A DNA stretch of 61,618 nt, the filler included, from Sluysia triapertura (lineage: Eukaryota): NCBI GenBank assembly GCA_046118255.1. It is 4 parts of 4 records of this genome, joined end to end, with 100 filler letters (N's around TTAATTAATTAA, not from the genome) between each part and the next. Parts side by side here need not be neighbours in the genome. Positions count along the whole stretch, not along the records: positions 1 to 16,761 come from JBJNIA010197931.1; positions 16,862 to 35,872 come from JBJNIA010101989.1; 2 more parts are not named here. One strand, written 5' to 3'. Below the pieces are notes generated by a model. That model made no database searches. It saw nothing but the letters and a program-made list of their open reading frames with translations, and had not been told where the DNA came from. The position numbers and the translations under genes are program-made. Below, piece by piece: positions 14,071 to 25,440 of the stretch. The first letter of the stretch is position 1, and each line of letters begins with the position of its first letter.

Positions 14071-15429
14071 TTACGAAAATCGATAAAATTAAATTTGTAT
14101 TTAATTTACTAATTTTACTATAATATTTTTGTAAGAGTATGAGTATAATGTATCTGGAACCCATTTTATTTATACCATTTTTGTATTATACGGATTTTTA
14201 ATCAATTAAATGTATGCTAGTATTTTAAGCTAACCTTATTACGGTCTAGCGAAAATAATCAAATAATTTAGATTTTAAGTAAGCCACTTACGGTCTAACA
14301 AAATGTGAATAAAATTTAAATTTTAAAAGCTCTTATCTTAATAGCGCAATGTAAGAATTATGTGATGTATTTTTACTAAAAACAGAGACTATACAATTGC
14401 TTACAAAAATATAATAATAATAAAGATTTTACCACTTAAATTTCTTTAGCGGAGTGATTTTATCTTCAAGTTAACTTAGCCTTTTTACGGTTTAAGATAA
14501 ATGGTTTGATTTTAAGTTAATTTTAAATTCTCCTAGTTACGGTAAGAATCATAAACTTAAAAAAACGCTCTTACTTTCATGGATCTTCTTTGATTTATCA
14601 TATGATGATTAAAATTTTGTGTTCATATGGCTGAGAAAATTCCAGTATTTATATACTAAACTTTCAGCCGCCATATTTGTTTTTCATTTTCTTTAAAATG
14701 ATTTGTTTAACAAAAATAAGGAATTTGTGATTTTAAAATGTAAAATTTGTAATGTAATTTATTTTATCTATAAAAATTAATTTGAATTTATTTAATTTAA
14801 TAAATTTAATCTGGTTTATAAAAATTATTACTATAATAATTGATATAGAAATTAAGATAATTGAAATAAATAATAAAATAAAACATAGATAATTGAAAAA
14901 CGTAAATACATAAATAAATAATCAAAGTTAATTTATCAAAAGTTATTAGATCTCAACAGTTCGATTACTTTTATTGAAATTTTTTTGGATATAAGGCGTA
15001 TATTATACAATTTTGCATAAATGGGATTCATATTTACCCTACGAATTATAAGACAAAAGTAGACAAATATATGTATAGTATAATAGTAATAATAATCAAT
15101 CAAGCAGATTATTATTGTCATGTTCATGTTATAAATTTTAAATAAGATGTTATTGTCAAAATTATTTAAGTCTATAATGGGTTTGAAATTTTTAATTTTT
15201 GCATTGTTTTTTAAATTACTATTAAATCGTATTAACTTCACAGTTTCATTTATCATTCTTTTTATTCGCAAAAGTTTCACTCTTGGCGAAAAGCCGTGTA
15301 TATTATAATTTACTAACATTTTAACTGAAACTAAATAAATTAGAACATAATAAGGTAACATTAATATACTATTGAAAAAACACAATAAATGAACGGAACA
15401 TAGAGGAATATAGTATTGTTACAATTAAA

Positions 15430-15900
15430 TCAAGTTTTAGGATTGAGGTATACCCACGCAGTAAATTCACCAGATGAATGATCTGGATACTTTTCGTCAA
15501 TGGGGCACGTTGACTGTAGGGCTGTTTCCTCAAAATTTTCTAAGATTTCTATTTACCGAACCTGATATTTTTGAAAAATGAATACTTTTGACCCCATCAA
15601 ACATCACTACCTTATACTAGAGTACTAACGGAATATCTGCAGGTACTTTTTTAATAGAACATCTAAATATTGTTACATCGGATAAATGACTCACATGGCT
15701 CATTTCCACATATGTTTTCTCGTAATAATAAATTCGTATGATTTTGTCATTTTTAAGTTTCTAAGTCCAAAAAACAAAAAACAAAAAACATTCTCTGTGG
15801 TACGTTTTATTTAATGTATCAAAATTCATTTGTAAAAAAGATGCATTTGGATTACTGCTTGGATCTCGAGCAAGTGCAATTAAAAAAAAAAGAATTCCTT
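15430..15900 (-). CDS. Possible small multi-exon gene or gene fragment, product unknown
   Basis: GC-richer blocks separated by GT..AG AT-rich segments. The terminal block reads ENFEETALQSTCPIDEKYPDHSSGEFTAWVYLNPKT*. I could not build a fully consistent frame. Confidence 0.3.
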
Positions 15901-16548
15901 TTAGTCCACGAAAATGCCTATTATGAGGCCCGTGAGGTTATACCTCGACGACAATAAACTTATTATTTTTCTTTTTATTATTGATATTATGTTATATCTT
16001 AATAAACCTTGGTGATGTCTTTGTTATTTGTTTTTTATTTAATAAAAAAAAATAAAATAATCAAGTTATAAAGCTTAATAAGCTCTAAGTTTAATAATCT
16101 TAACTTACAATTTCAAGCTATTTTTAAATATTTAAATCATTAAAAATTGATTAAAGCAGTAACTGCATAAATTATTAATATTTTTAAGCAGTAAGGTAAA
16201 AAAAACATCAATAAAAACGAAGAATAAAACTTCAAATAGTTTAAAACGATGGTATTTTTATGTAAGCTCGATTTCATTGATATAAAACTTAGACATTAAG
16301 TTTTACATAGTTTTTAAAACATCACAGATTTTAACTATTTTCTTTGTAATTCATTAATTATTCACATTGATTATCAAGATCTTTCAAAGTTATATTACTT
16401 ATATCTCTCTACAACATACACGATATAGCTGCAGTTAATAATTTAATGATTCGACACAAAGTAAACGAAAATATAGTAAAAATATAACAAAATTAATTAT
16501 ATTTAATAATTTACGATCAAATTAATAAAAAAAATTATATTCAACATT

Positions 16549-16761
16549 CTAATGACAATTGCCACAACGTGGAGAGCAACGAACTCCACACTTACATCCA
16601 CCGGATGTATCTCCACGACCTTTAGGACCCCATCTAGCTCCCTTAGTAGCCCAGCACAGTTCCGTGTTGCACATATTACATCGCATCCAATCGCAGCCTG
16701 ATTTCTTCTGAACAATAATTTGACAACCGGGACATCTTAAAGCCTCACCTTGTTTAATCAT
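16549..16761 (-). CDS. RBCK1: RBR E3 ubiquitin ligase HOIL-1/RBCK1, C-terminal RING2 (5' part lost at assembly spacer)
   Basis: [64 protein letters not shown] matches the characteristic HOIL-1 C-terminus (RWGPGGPGDTSGGCRC...CQNCH*). Confidence 0.9.
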   Translation of the reverse strand: MIKQGEALRCPGCQIIVQKKSGCDWMRCNMCNTELCWATKGARWGPKGRGDTSGGCKCGVRCSPRCGNCH

Positions 16762-16861
16762 NNNNNNNNNNNNNNNNNNNNNNNNNNNNNNNNNNNNNNN
16801 NNNNNTTAATTAATTAANNNNNNNNNNNNNNNNNNNNNNNNNNNNNNNNNNNNNNNNNNNN
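16762..16861. other. Artificial assembly spacer (N44-TTAATTAATTAA-N44)
   Basis: Exactly 100 nt with a central six-frame stop linker; identical spacers at 35873-35972 and 49746-49845. Confidence 0.95.
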
Positions 16862-16880
16862 AACAGCTTAAAACCCATTT

Positions 16881-17085
16881 ATAACAATGTATTCAAAATT
16901 ATTTTAAAAAAATTCTTGGAAAATATTTTTACTTTAAGGCATAACGCCAATGCGTAACTTAATAATCACAGTGGCATTACGCCATAATGAAAATTAATAA
17001 TAAAAATATTAAATATAACAATGTATTCAAAATTATTTTTAAAAAATTCTTGGAAAATATTTTTACTTTAAGGCATTACGCCAAT
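16881..17085 (+). repeat. ~70-bp direct duplication next to the spacer
   Basis: ataacaatgtattcaaaattatttt...ggcat(a/t)acgccaatg occurs at 16881-16951 and 17015-17085. Confidence 0.8.
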
Positions 17086-17492
17086 GTCTAAAAACGATAT
17101 TTACCACACAATTTATCATTATAATAATTTTAATCAAAAAAAGGCAATGTATTATAGAATTCAACAATACTAGGATTCGTTATTAGGTTTTTTATTATTT
17201 AGCAATATTCGGTATTTCGGTATTATTTCACAATATGATCGGATTTGACTCCAAATCGATTAATCCGTCAAATGTTCAAGTTTTTGGAAAACATTCTATT
17301 GATATTTAAATTAAAGTTATGGCAAGCTTAATTTTATATTAAGTCTATTATCTTGTTTAATGCATGACTTAAAATCGGACTAAAATGTTTATTTGATTTT
17401 TGTGGTAGTTTAATGATACATATAAAATCTTTGCAACAAACTTCTTATTTAGATATTACATCACTTTTAATATCTTCAATTAATTGCAATTA

Positions 17493-18180
17493 TTATTTCA
17501 TAGTTGTATTCGTTGATGATGGAACTAATAATTTATACTTCTTGAATTCTTCGAAACATTTTTTAAACATTACCATCATTATGAGAATTTTCCGCAATTT
17601 ACTTTGTAAGAAACTTAAAGTAGATGAATAATCATCCATTTTCATTAGACGCTCTTTATGTATATTTAATTTATTGTAAAACATTGCAACCAGTAACTTT
17701 TCATCTTCTAATAAATATATATCCAAGAGATGAAGAAATATTAAAAGTATCCATTTAATAAACCCTTTAATTGCATAATTATGTAATATAATATTTAATT
17801 TTCCGAAATCGTCGTAAAATTCGATTAAGATGCTTGAAATAAGTTAATAATCTCTGAGAACCAATAACAAATACCATGCATACAACAACGTGGCATAGAC
17901 ATCAGTTAAGATATTGCCCAGAACACATCTTCTTCATTTAAATAGACCAACAAATAACTTATGTTTGCTTCAATACTTCATACTTCAATATCATACTTCA
18001 ATACAGTATTATATCAGATGAATATTGTATCAAATATAATAAAACAATATTGTACTTGGAATATGCAATCAAAAGAGATTTTATTATAGATTGTAATTTT
18101 CTTGAAGATAGGTCTCATTTCGGAAAGTTTGATTTGATGAATATTAGGAGATTTGACTAATGGTTTCTTGAGCATATAAA
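17493..18180 (-). pseudogene. Decayed USP6NL/RN-tre-like Rab-GAP (TBC domain) fragment
   Basis: Collinear motifs SNIHQI..., LLVYLNEEDVFWAIS*LM...MHG and DIYLLEDEKLLVAMFY...HKERLMKM...FLQ, spread over several frames with stops and frameshifts. No introns evident. Confidence 0.7.
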
Positions 18181-19414
18181 AACAATAAAAAACAACAGAA
18201 AAAAATAAAAACGATCACAAGGGCAATAAAGATAAAAATAGCATAAACAATAATAGTATTTAAATGATAACAACAATAATAATAACAAGAAAACTTTATT
18301 TTGGTAAATTTTTAGATTATTTCAATTGTTTTATGTAATTTGTTGAGTTTATAATAATTGCGTTAGGTTGATTCGAAGTTTGTATATGAATTTTTTATGT
18401 TTTAGGTTTGAGTTTGCCAAACCAATAATATAGACCCTAAACAGAATAGTATTAAAGAAAAATCACACGGGAGTACTTTCCACAGGGACACGAGACATTT
18501 ATTGTGGACAAACCCAATATCAAGATTATTGTATTTTGCGCAACATGTTAGTAACTTCAGAGGAAACAAATAGCATGAGTTAAGTAATAACTTGAAAAAT
18601 AGAAAGAGAAATTACTGTAAATTTATTTATTCAAGGATCGTTCGTAAATTATCCAAATATTAAAATATACTCAAAATCCTTTAAGGAGGGCTAATATACT
18701 AATTTAATTCAAAGTCAAAAGATCTTCAATTATCTTTAATTAACATGAGTGTTATAGCTTATAGTATAAGAATAAAAGTATTAATACAAGAATAAAATAA
18801 AATACCATAATGAATTATATATGTTAATTGTTTGTGCTTGTAAAATATTTAAATTAAAATATAAAGAAAAATTTGAAGAAATATTTAAATATATAAAGAT
18901 TTACTTTTGAAAATATAAAAGTACATTAAATTAATTAATTCAATTTTAAAACTTAGTTCACTTCAAAATTAGCTTAATATAATCTTTTAATATCAATGTT
19001 TTAAATTTCAAAATGGAGAATTAAAATATCGCTGCTGTTCCAAAGTTTTCGTATACAATTACGAAAGTAAAATTGTATAAATATAATTGTGTTTTATCTG
19101 TAGTAAAATAAATTAAATAGTTTTAAAATATTAAAATTAGTCGTCATATGTAATTTATTCGGAATTGTAAAAATGAATCAATTACAAATCTTATGAATCA
19201 ATTACAATTATGAATCAAAATCATAACTAATAATATTTTGACGATTATTTCAAAATTTATAAGATACATCATTTAAAATCTCAATTCCTTGTGAAAGGAA
19301 TTTCTTCGAAAAATTTTTGAACTGATGAAAAACCACATTAAAGTGATTTTATTGTACTGATTTAAATTGAAAGCTTAAGATTACGATTTGACCTCCTACA
19401 CTTGTTTACTTTTA

Positions 19415-19455
19415 AAATCTAACGGCTAGCCTTAACCGGTAAATCTAGATACTCA
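19415..19455 (+). repeat. Dispersed hairpin repeat, partial copy
   Basis: aaatctaacggctagccttaaccggtaaatctag aligns to the 4461/49650 consensus. Confidence 0.6.
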
Positions 19456-20003
19456 AATACATTCATTCTTTATTCTGAGAAAAAGATAAATTAAGCATGA
19501 TCTTCACAATTAGAATTCCACATGTATAAAACAAATAATATATATAATTGCATATAATGTACCTATAATAAAGGAATACTGTCTATAGACACATTATGAC
19601 CAAAAGTGATAAAATTTTTAGAATTAAAAGTATTATTGCTGTAATACATAACACACTGCATTGCACATTTTGAATTTCAAAAATTTTATTCTTTAGAATA
19701 TAATGAATAAAAAAAGTACCATACTTTTCTTTCAGAGTTATTTATTATTTTCAAGTCATAACAAAAATTACCATCACCTGAAATTGAATAAAAAAATTGA
19801 ATTCTTAGTAATTGAATAGTACACTCCTTGGAAATTTTGATTTTTACAAGACATAGAATATGTCGAGTAACATCTGTCAAACTTTTCGTAAAGCTTGTAT
19901 AACAAATTGATGAATAATGGATATGGTAGAAGGTTTAATACGTAAAACAGTATTAAACATATTCATTGATCAATTGATCAGTTGATTAATTTTTATATTA
20001 TTT

Positions 20004-20282
20004 TTAATTATATTCAGTCTTTATTAGTTCTTCTGGTATGTTTGGTATTATTGCAGAAATGAGATAATAAGCACCAAATACGATATGCTCAAATTTAACT
20101 ACAAATGCTAATTTAATTGCTATCATATACCAATGAAGGATAGTATAGTTTCCATGGGGATCTGCACATTTCACTTGTTGAATTAGGCGGAGAGTAGGTG
20201 ATAGTGAAATTGATAAATCCGTGTAAATTTGAATTGTGTGTACACTTATAAAATTGATGTTGGATAAACTCAGAAGTAAAGG
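20004..20282 (-). pseudogene. Orphan, frameshifted 3' exon of an anoctamin (TMEM16)
   Basis: After the acceptor ttcttgtAG it reads AFTSEFI...LHGFINFTITYSPPNSTSEMCR, then shifts frame to DPHGNYTILHWYMIAIKLAFVVKFEHIVF...IIPNIPEE. These match the anoctamin AFTSDFIP and YW..LAF...FEH.V...IPD.P motifs. Confidence 0.8.
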
Positions 20283-20667
20283 CTACAAGAAATCCCTAAT
20301 TTGTTCTTCCTTGTGTTTGTCTTTCAGGTATTTAAATATTCGATGAATTGTTTTTGGATTTACAGAATTTTGAGAACATAGTAATTCTAAATGATAGATT
20401 TTAAATAAGCAATTCTCGTAACAAGTGGTGCTACTTCTGCTGAATTTCCGAGTCTCGATTATTTTAGATTGCATTTGTGTACTTCCAACATAATTTGTTG
20501 ATTTCAAAGTGATAGTTAACTTTAACTTCACTTATTAAAATATATAAATTTTAAAACTCTTTCTTTAAGAATACAAATATAAGTTTAAATAAAATATTTC
20601 ATAAAGGTTTTTGAACTATTAGTTGCTTAATTTAATTGTTAATTATAAAATCGATAATTAATTTACA

Positions 20668-23583
20668 ATGCAAAATATAACTGACGATAAAGTAAACACT
20701 GAGGACAATAAAAATCTTAGTAATAATACTAACGAAAATGTAAACAAAGAAACAAATAACATGCCGATGACAGAAGAAAATGATTCTGCATTTAGATCCA
20801 ATATTTATCAATGGGATGGTAATGTTGAGGAAATTATTACTTCATTATATGATGCAGAAAATCCGAATAATGCTTCCAATAGAAATAATAGTGAAGCTGA
20901 TGTTAATGTTACAGATTTAGTTGTCTTAGATCCAGATCATGTAAATTTGTTTTCAAAATTGGATTTCATTTATATCTAGCCTTTAATGGTTCGATTCCAA
21001 AAAGCGTTTCATGATATTTTATTGAAAGAATTAGCTCAAGTTGAATTAGATGAAAGAGTAATTGTAAGAAATATATATATATTTTTTTGAAATACATTTT
21101 TGTATTAGAATGAAGATTTAAAAAAGCATACTAAAGAATATTCGGAAATGGGTACTGAATTATTTAAATTTCAAAGTGAACTGGCTCAGTAAGTATGAAT
21201 AATTTTTGTTTTTAATAATTAAATTTTTAATAAAGTATGATATTAATTAAGTATGAATCTTGATTTAAACTAATACTACAAAATTAAACGATATATGATA
21301 ACTTTTCGGATTAATATAACTAATATTAGATGATGAAAGATAAACCGAAAATTTTTGAATTCATTGAAAAAACCTTTAGAGCGAAAATTGTCTGCAAATA
21401 TAATTAAAAGTATTTGGATGAAATAGGAGCTCTGTAATTAAAGAAACAGAAAAAAATTCATTGACTAATTTGATTTTTTAACTTACTAAAAGTGATATTG
21501 ACACTTCTATTTAATAATTGAAATTCAATATTTGTTTTATTTTGTATGAACAACTTTTGAAAACATTTGATACCAATTTATGTAAAGATAATCTTTCTTT
21601 ATCTATTTTATTTAGTAAAGGTAAATAAATTTAATAAAAAGATATTTGCATAAATTAAACTGTGGGAATTTTAAAAGATACTTATAGAATAAAGTAAGAT
21701 TTTTACGTGAGTCCACCAATGTACTAGGCTTACCAGTTAGAGCTAGCGGTTGGATTTATAGAAAAAAGAGTTTTCAAGCAAAGATGGGAATAACTTCCTA
21801 AAGTGTCTGCCAATTTATTAAGGTACTCAGTGAGTCTATTGAAATATTTTACTTTCTGTCAAATATCAATTCCGAAATTAAATATTTAGTTGAATTCTGG
21901 AAGTATTTTAATTTATAAACAAATGGAAGTTAAGACAAATATTTTGTTAACTGAAAAATATTATTAAAAGTAGTTTACTTAAATCCTATGAAAAGAATTT
22001 ATAATAAACGATTTTACGGTATCAGAATTAAATTCTGATAAGAGAAAATATAGTTTTCTATATTTAGAACTATAGAAATTAATTATTAATAAAAAGGAAC
22101 TCTCAAATAGTTTATATTATATACTTAATACGGTACAAAAGAAATATAAAAATTGATAAGTATGTTGCGGAGAATTAATCTTTGTTAATTCTTTAAATAA
22201 TAATGATTCAATAATGGATTTTACGGAAACTATTATAAGTTTCGAAATTAATTACAAAAATTTTCTTTTAAGTTGATTTATCGTATTCGAAACTTAATAT
22301 AATAAACTAATAAACTAATAAACGTAATAATCTGTGTAAAAGAAAAATCTGGTTGTAATCTCTTAATCTCGAAAGGTTATGCAACTCTTGTATGCACTTC
22401 TTCCGAATGAAATATTTATAAAGAACTGGTTAAAGGCGTAAAAAATTGTGTGTAAAATTGTAAGTTTTATTCGTATTTATATACCTAATTTAACTGGCCT
22501 TGGCCAAATTAAAACGAAAATATTTCGATTAATAATTTTAAATTTGATTAATTTAAAAAATATTAAAGTTTACATTTAATTAATAAAATTACTTACGTTA
22601 GTTTAATTTAGATCCAAAATTAATAACAATAATAAGACAATTAATTTAGAACCAAAAACAACAATTATAATAAAACAATAATTATTCCAATAAAAATCAA
22701 TAATTTTGTTAATAAAATAAGCACAATAATCAATAAATTGTTATTAAATCATACATATCAATCAATATTTTATTTCATAGTTAACACATGTTTCTAGTTT
22801 GTACAAAACCAATATTAAATATCAAATATTCGAAAATTTATTAATAAAGAAACAGCTAAACTAATTGTTCATTCATTGATAACAAATAACATAGATTTTA
22901 ACAATGGTAAATTGCACTCAATTTCATATAGAAAAGTACAATTAATAATTAATCAAGCAGCAAGACTAATTTTCTAAGTGGGAAGATCTCATGTAACACC
23001 TTATCTTAAAGAATGACAAAAACAAGAGTAGAATTCAAAATCATGACAGCAAGATGAACATTTCATTGAAACTTAATAATCTATACAGAATCCACAGTGA
23101 TAATAAGCTAGGTGATAGCTTGTGCATTGTTTATGTTTCAAAAGTTACAATCAACTACCATAAAATGTCAAATCTCTGGAAGATTATGAAATATTTAACA
23201 AAAATGCAAAGTTCTTTCTGATTCAGAAATATAATAATAATTATTTATTATTTATTGTTATTTATCATTTAATAGCATCACAAAATTTATGAATTCTTTT
23301 GTATTTTAGATTTCAATCAATAATGGACAAATTAATAGATGAACATGAAACAGCCAAAACGTTAAGAGAAGAAGTAGAAAAATCTATCCAAGAAACTAGA
23401 TTAAGTTACGAATTACATAAAGTAGATTACGAAAAGGAATATAAGAAAATGCAAGAATATAGAAAAGAATTAGACAATTTATCTTTGAGATTGTATTATT
23501 TAAAATATGCTAAGAATGATGTTCAAGGTGATATTTGTGTTATGAAAAGAGCTGCTGAAAAAGCAGTAGAAGATTTAGAAAAA
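20668..23583 (+). CDS. CCDC40: Coiled-coil domain-containing protein 40 (axonemal ruler), 5' four exons only
   Basis: Exons 20668-20940, 20980-21063, 21109-21188 and 23310-23583 give 237 codons with consistent phases. They contain LVVLDPDH|PLMVRFQ, G.EL..FQ.ELA and DI.VMKRAAEKA. Confidence 0.85.
21707..21757 (-). repeat. Dispersed hairpin repeat copy, inside CCDC40 intron 3
   Basis: Reverse complement aaatccaaccgctagctctaactggtaagcctagtacattggtggactcac. Confidence 0.8.
22800..23180 (+). mobile_element. L2/CR1-clade LINE ORF2 3' relic in CCDC40 intron
   Basis: IRKFINKETAKLIVHSLITNNIDFNNG...VQLIINQAARLIF*...SHVTPYLKE...RVEFKI matches L2 C-terminal motifs (LIHAFITSRLDYCN, QNAAARL, HITPVL). Confidence 0.75.
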
Positions 23584-24199
23584 GTTAGTCTGTAATATTT
23601 ACTATGATTGCAAAATTTAATATCTTTAATATCTTTAAATATCTTTAAAATATATGAATAATCTCGTAATTATATTTTGTTATTGAGGTATTATTTTTAA
23701 ATAAATTACAATTAAAATTAAGTCAATATAAAACCAAAAACATTTTTGTAACTTTGATAGGCTCAGTAAAATAGCTTTAAAAATCTGTAATTACGGATGC
23801 AATATCTTGAATATCTGGCTAATTTAAGAAGACAACAAAAATAGAATGTCAAGAAAATATAACCAAACACAATTAGTGATAGAGAAAGTTACAGATTAAA
23901 CGAAGGCATCATTCGATTTTAGTAAAATAGAAATGAAAAAAATGAATACTGACAAGCATAAACAAACATAAATCAATAACACACAACTACTAAATGAATG
24001 TACATTTAAAAAATTAATTATTTATATAATTAAAAGTAATTTGTCACATTATTATAAAACCATACTTTGAAAGTTTAATGTTTATGAAAGTTGGGTTATT
24101 AATCTTTAAATTATTTATTACTTTAACAATTAGAAATTTACAATTTATTCTAAAATTTTTATTAAAAATTATAAGTTTACTTGAATATTTACTAACAAA

Positions 24200-25440
24200 C
24201 CAAAATTTATGACTAAATAACAAAAGAAAATGACAAAAAGATGACGTAAATTTATTTGAGATATAATTGAATATTATATTTAAATTTGTAACAAAATATT
24301 GTTGCGTATATCCACTCTCCCGGTCCGTTTGTAGGCATGCTATCGGTAACGTCAGTTTGCGAATTCTGAAATAAAAATAGTCAACATAAATTAATTTGAT
24401 AGCAATATGGTTAAAAATTACCTTTAATAAAAAATTGTCAGAGAGAATGTTGGATTCAAATTCGTGAAATAAAAATGTATGACTACGTTCTAGAGTAAAT
24501 TTTACTTCTTCCGCATTCAATGTTTCTAATACATGTTTAACTTGTTTGTAAAATACGAAAATCGAATTGATTGAATTATCAGTTTTATCTAAATCGGAGT
24601 CTTTCAAATTTTGGCGTATTCTTTTATATTGATTATATAGGAAAAGTAATACAGCATTTTAATTTGTTCAAACTTAGGTTTAAACGCCATAGTTTTATAT
24701 AATTTCAAATTATTTAGCACATTAACAATTAAAAACAATTTTTTATTTCTACGTTATATATATCCATATTAAATGACGTAAAATACTTTAGACTACTAAA
24801 GTCATCAGGTAATACCGAATCAAGAACTGAATGACGCTTTTCTAACAAATTAGACTTTCGAAGAGTTTTACTTAAGCATTCATTAAAATTATTACGTGAT
24901 TTGATTTCTTTCGATCGTTCTAAATTCTGAAAACAGTTTTGTATTCTTCTATACACTTCCTCTTTCATTTCACTGTGACATTTGTTGTTATACTTATTAT
25001 ATGTAGTTTTAGTTTTAATTACATTAGATTCAAATGTTTTACCTTTTAAATAATTCAAATAACCTTTTAATGATATAGCATCTTCATCTTTTTCAATTTC
25101 AATATTAAATCGATTTAATATTTCCTTATTATTAGCTAGAAAAACCTTATCGACAATTCCAGTTTCGTAGGAAATACAAATGACGAAATAATCTATCGAT
25201 GAAAATTGGAAATGGTACCATATTCATTGTTTTGTCAACACATAATTCTAACAAAACTTCAAAATCATAGCAATCATTCTGTTCAGAAAACTCCTTCAAG
25301 AATCTAAACCAAAGAACTGGTACACTTTCATCACTAATTCCATTATCATAAATTAACACATCTTGCGGTTGATCTAAAATTAATCTAATAATTTCTGTGA
25401 TGTTTTCTTTTATCGTAGGCATCTCGAGTAGAAACAATTA
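24200..25440 (-). CDS. Multi-exon hypothetical protein
   Basis: Three consecutive same-strand ORFs (25437-25147, 25058-24729, 24607-24044) with globular composition and candidate short GT-AG introns. The exact splice model is unresolved and no family was recognised. Confidence 0.55.
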
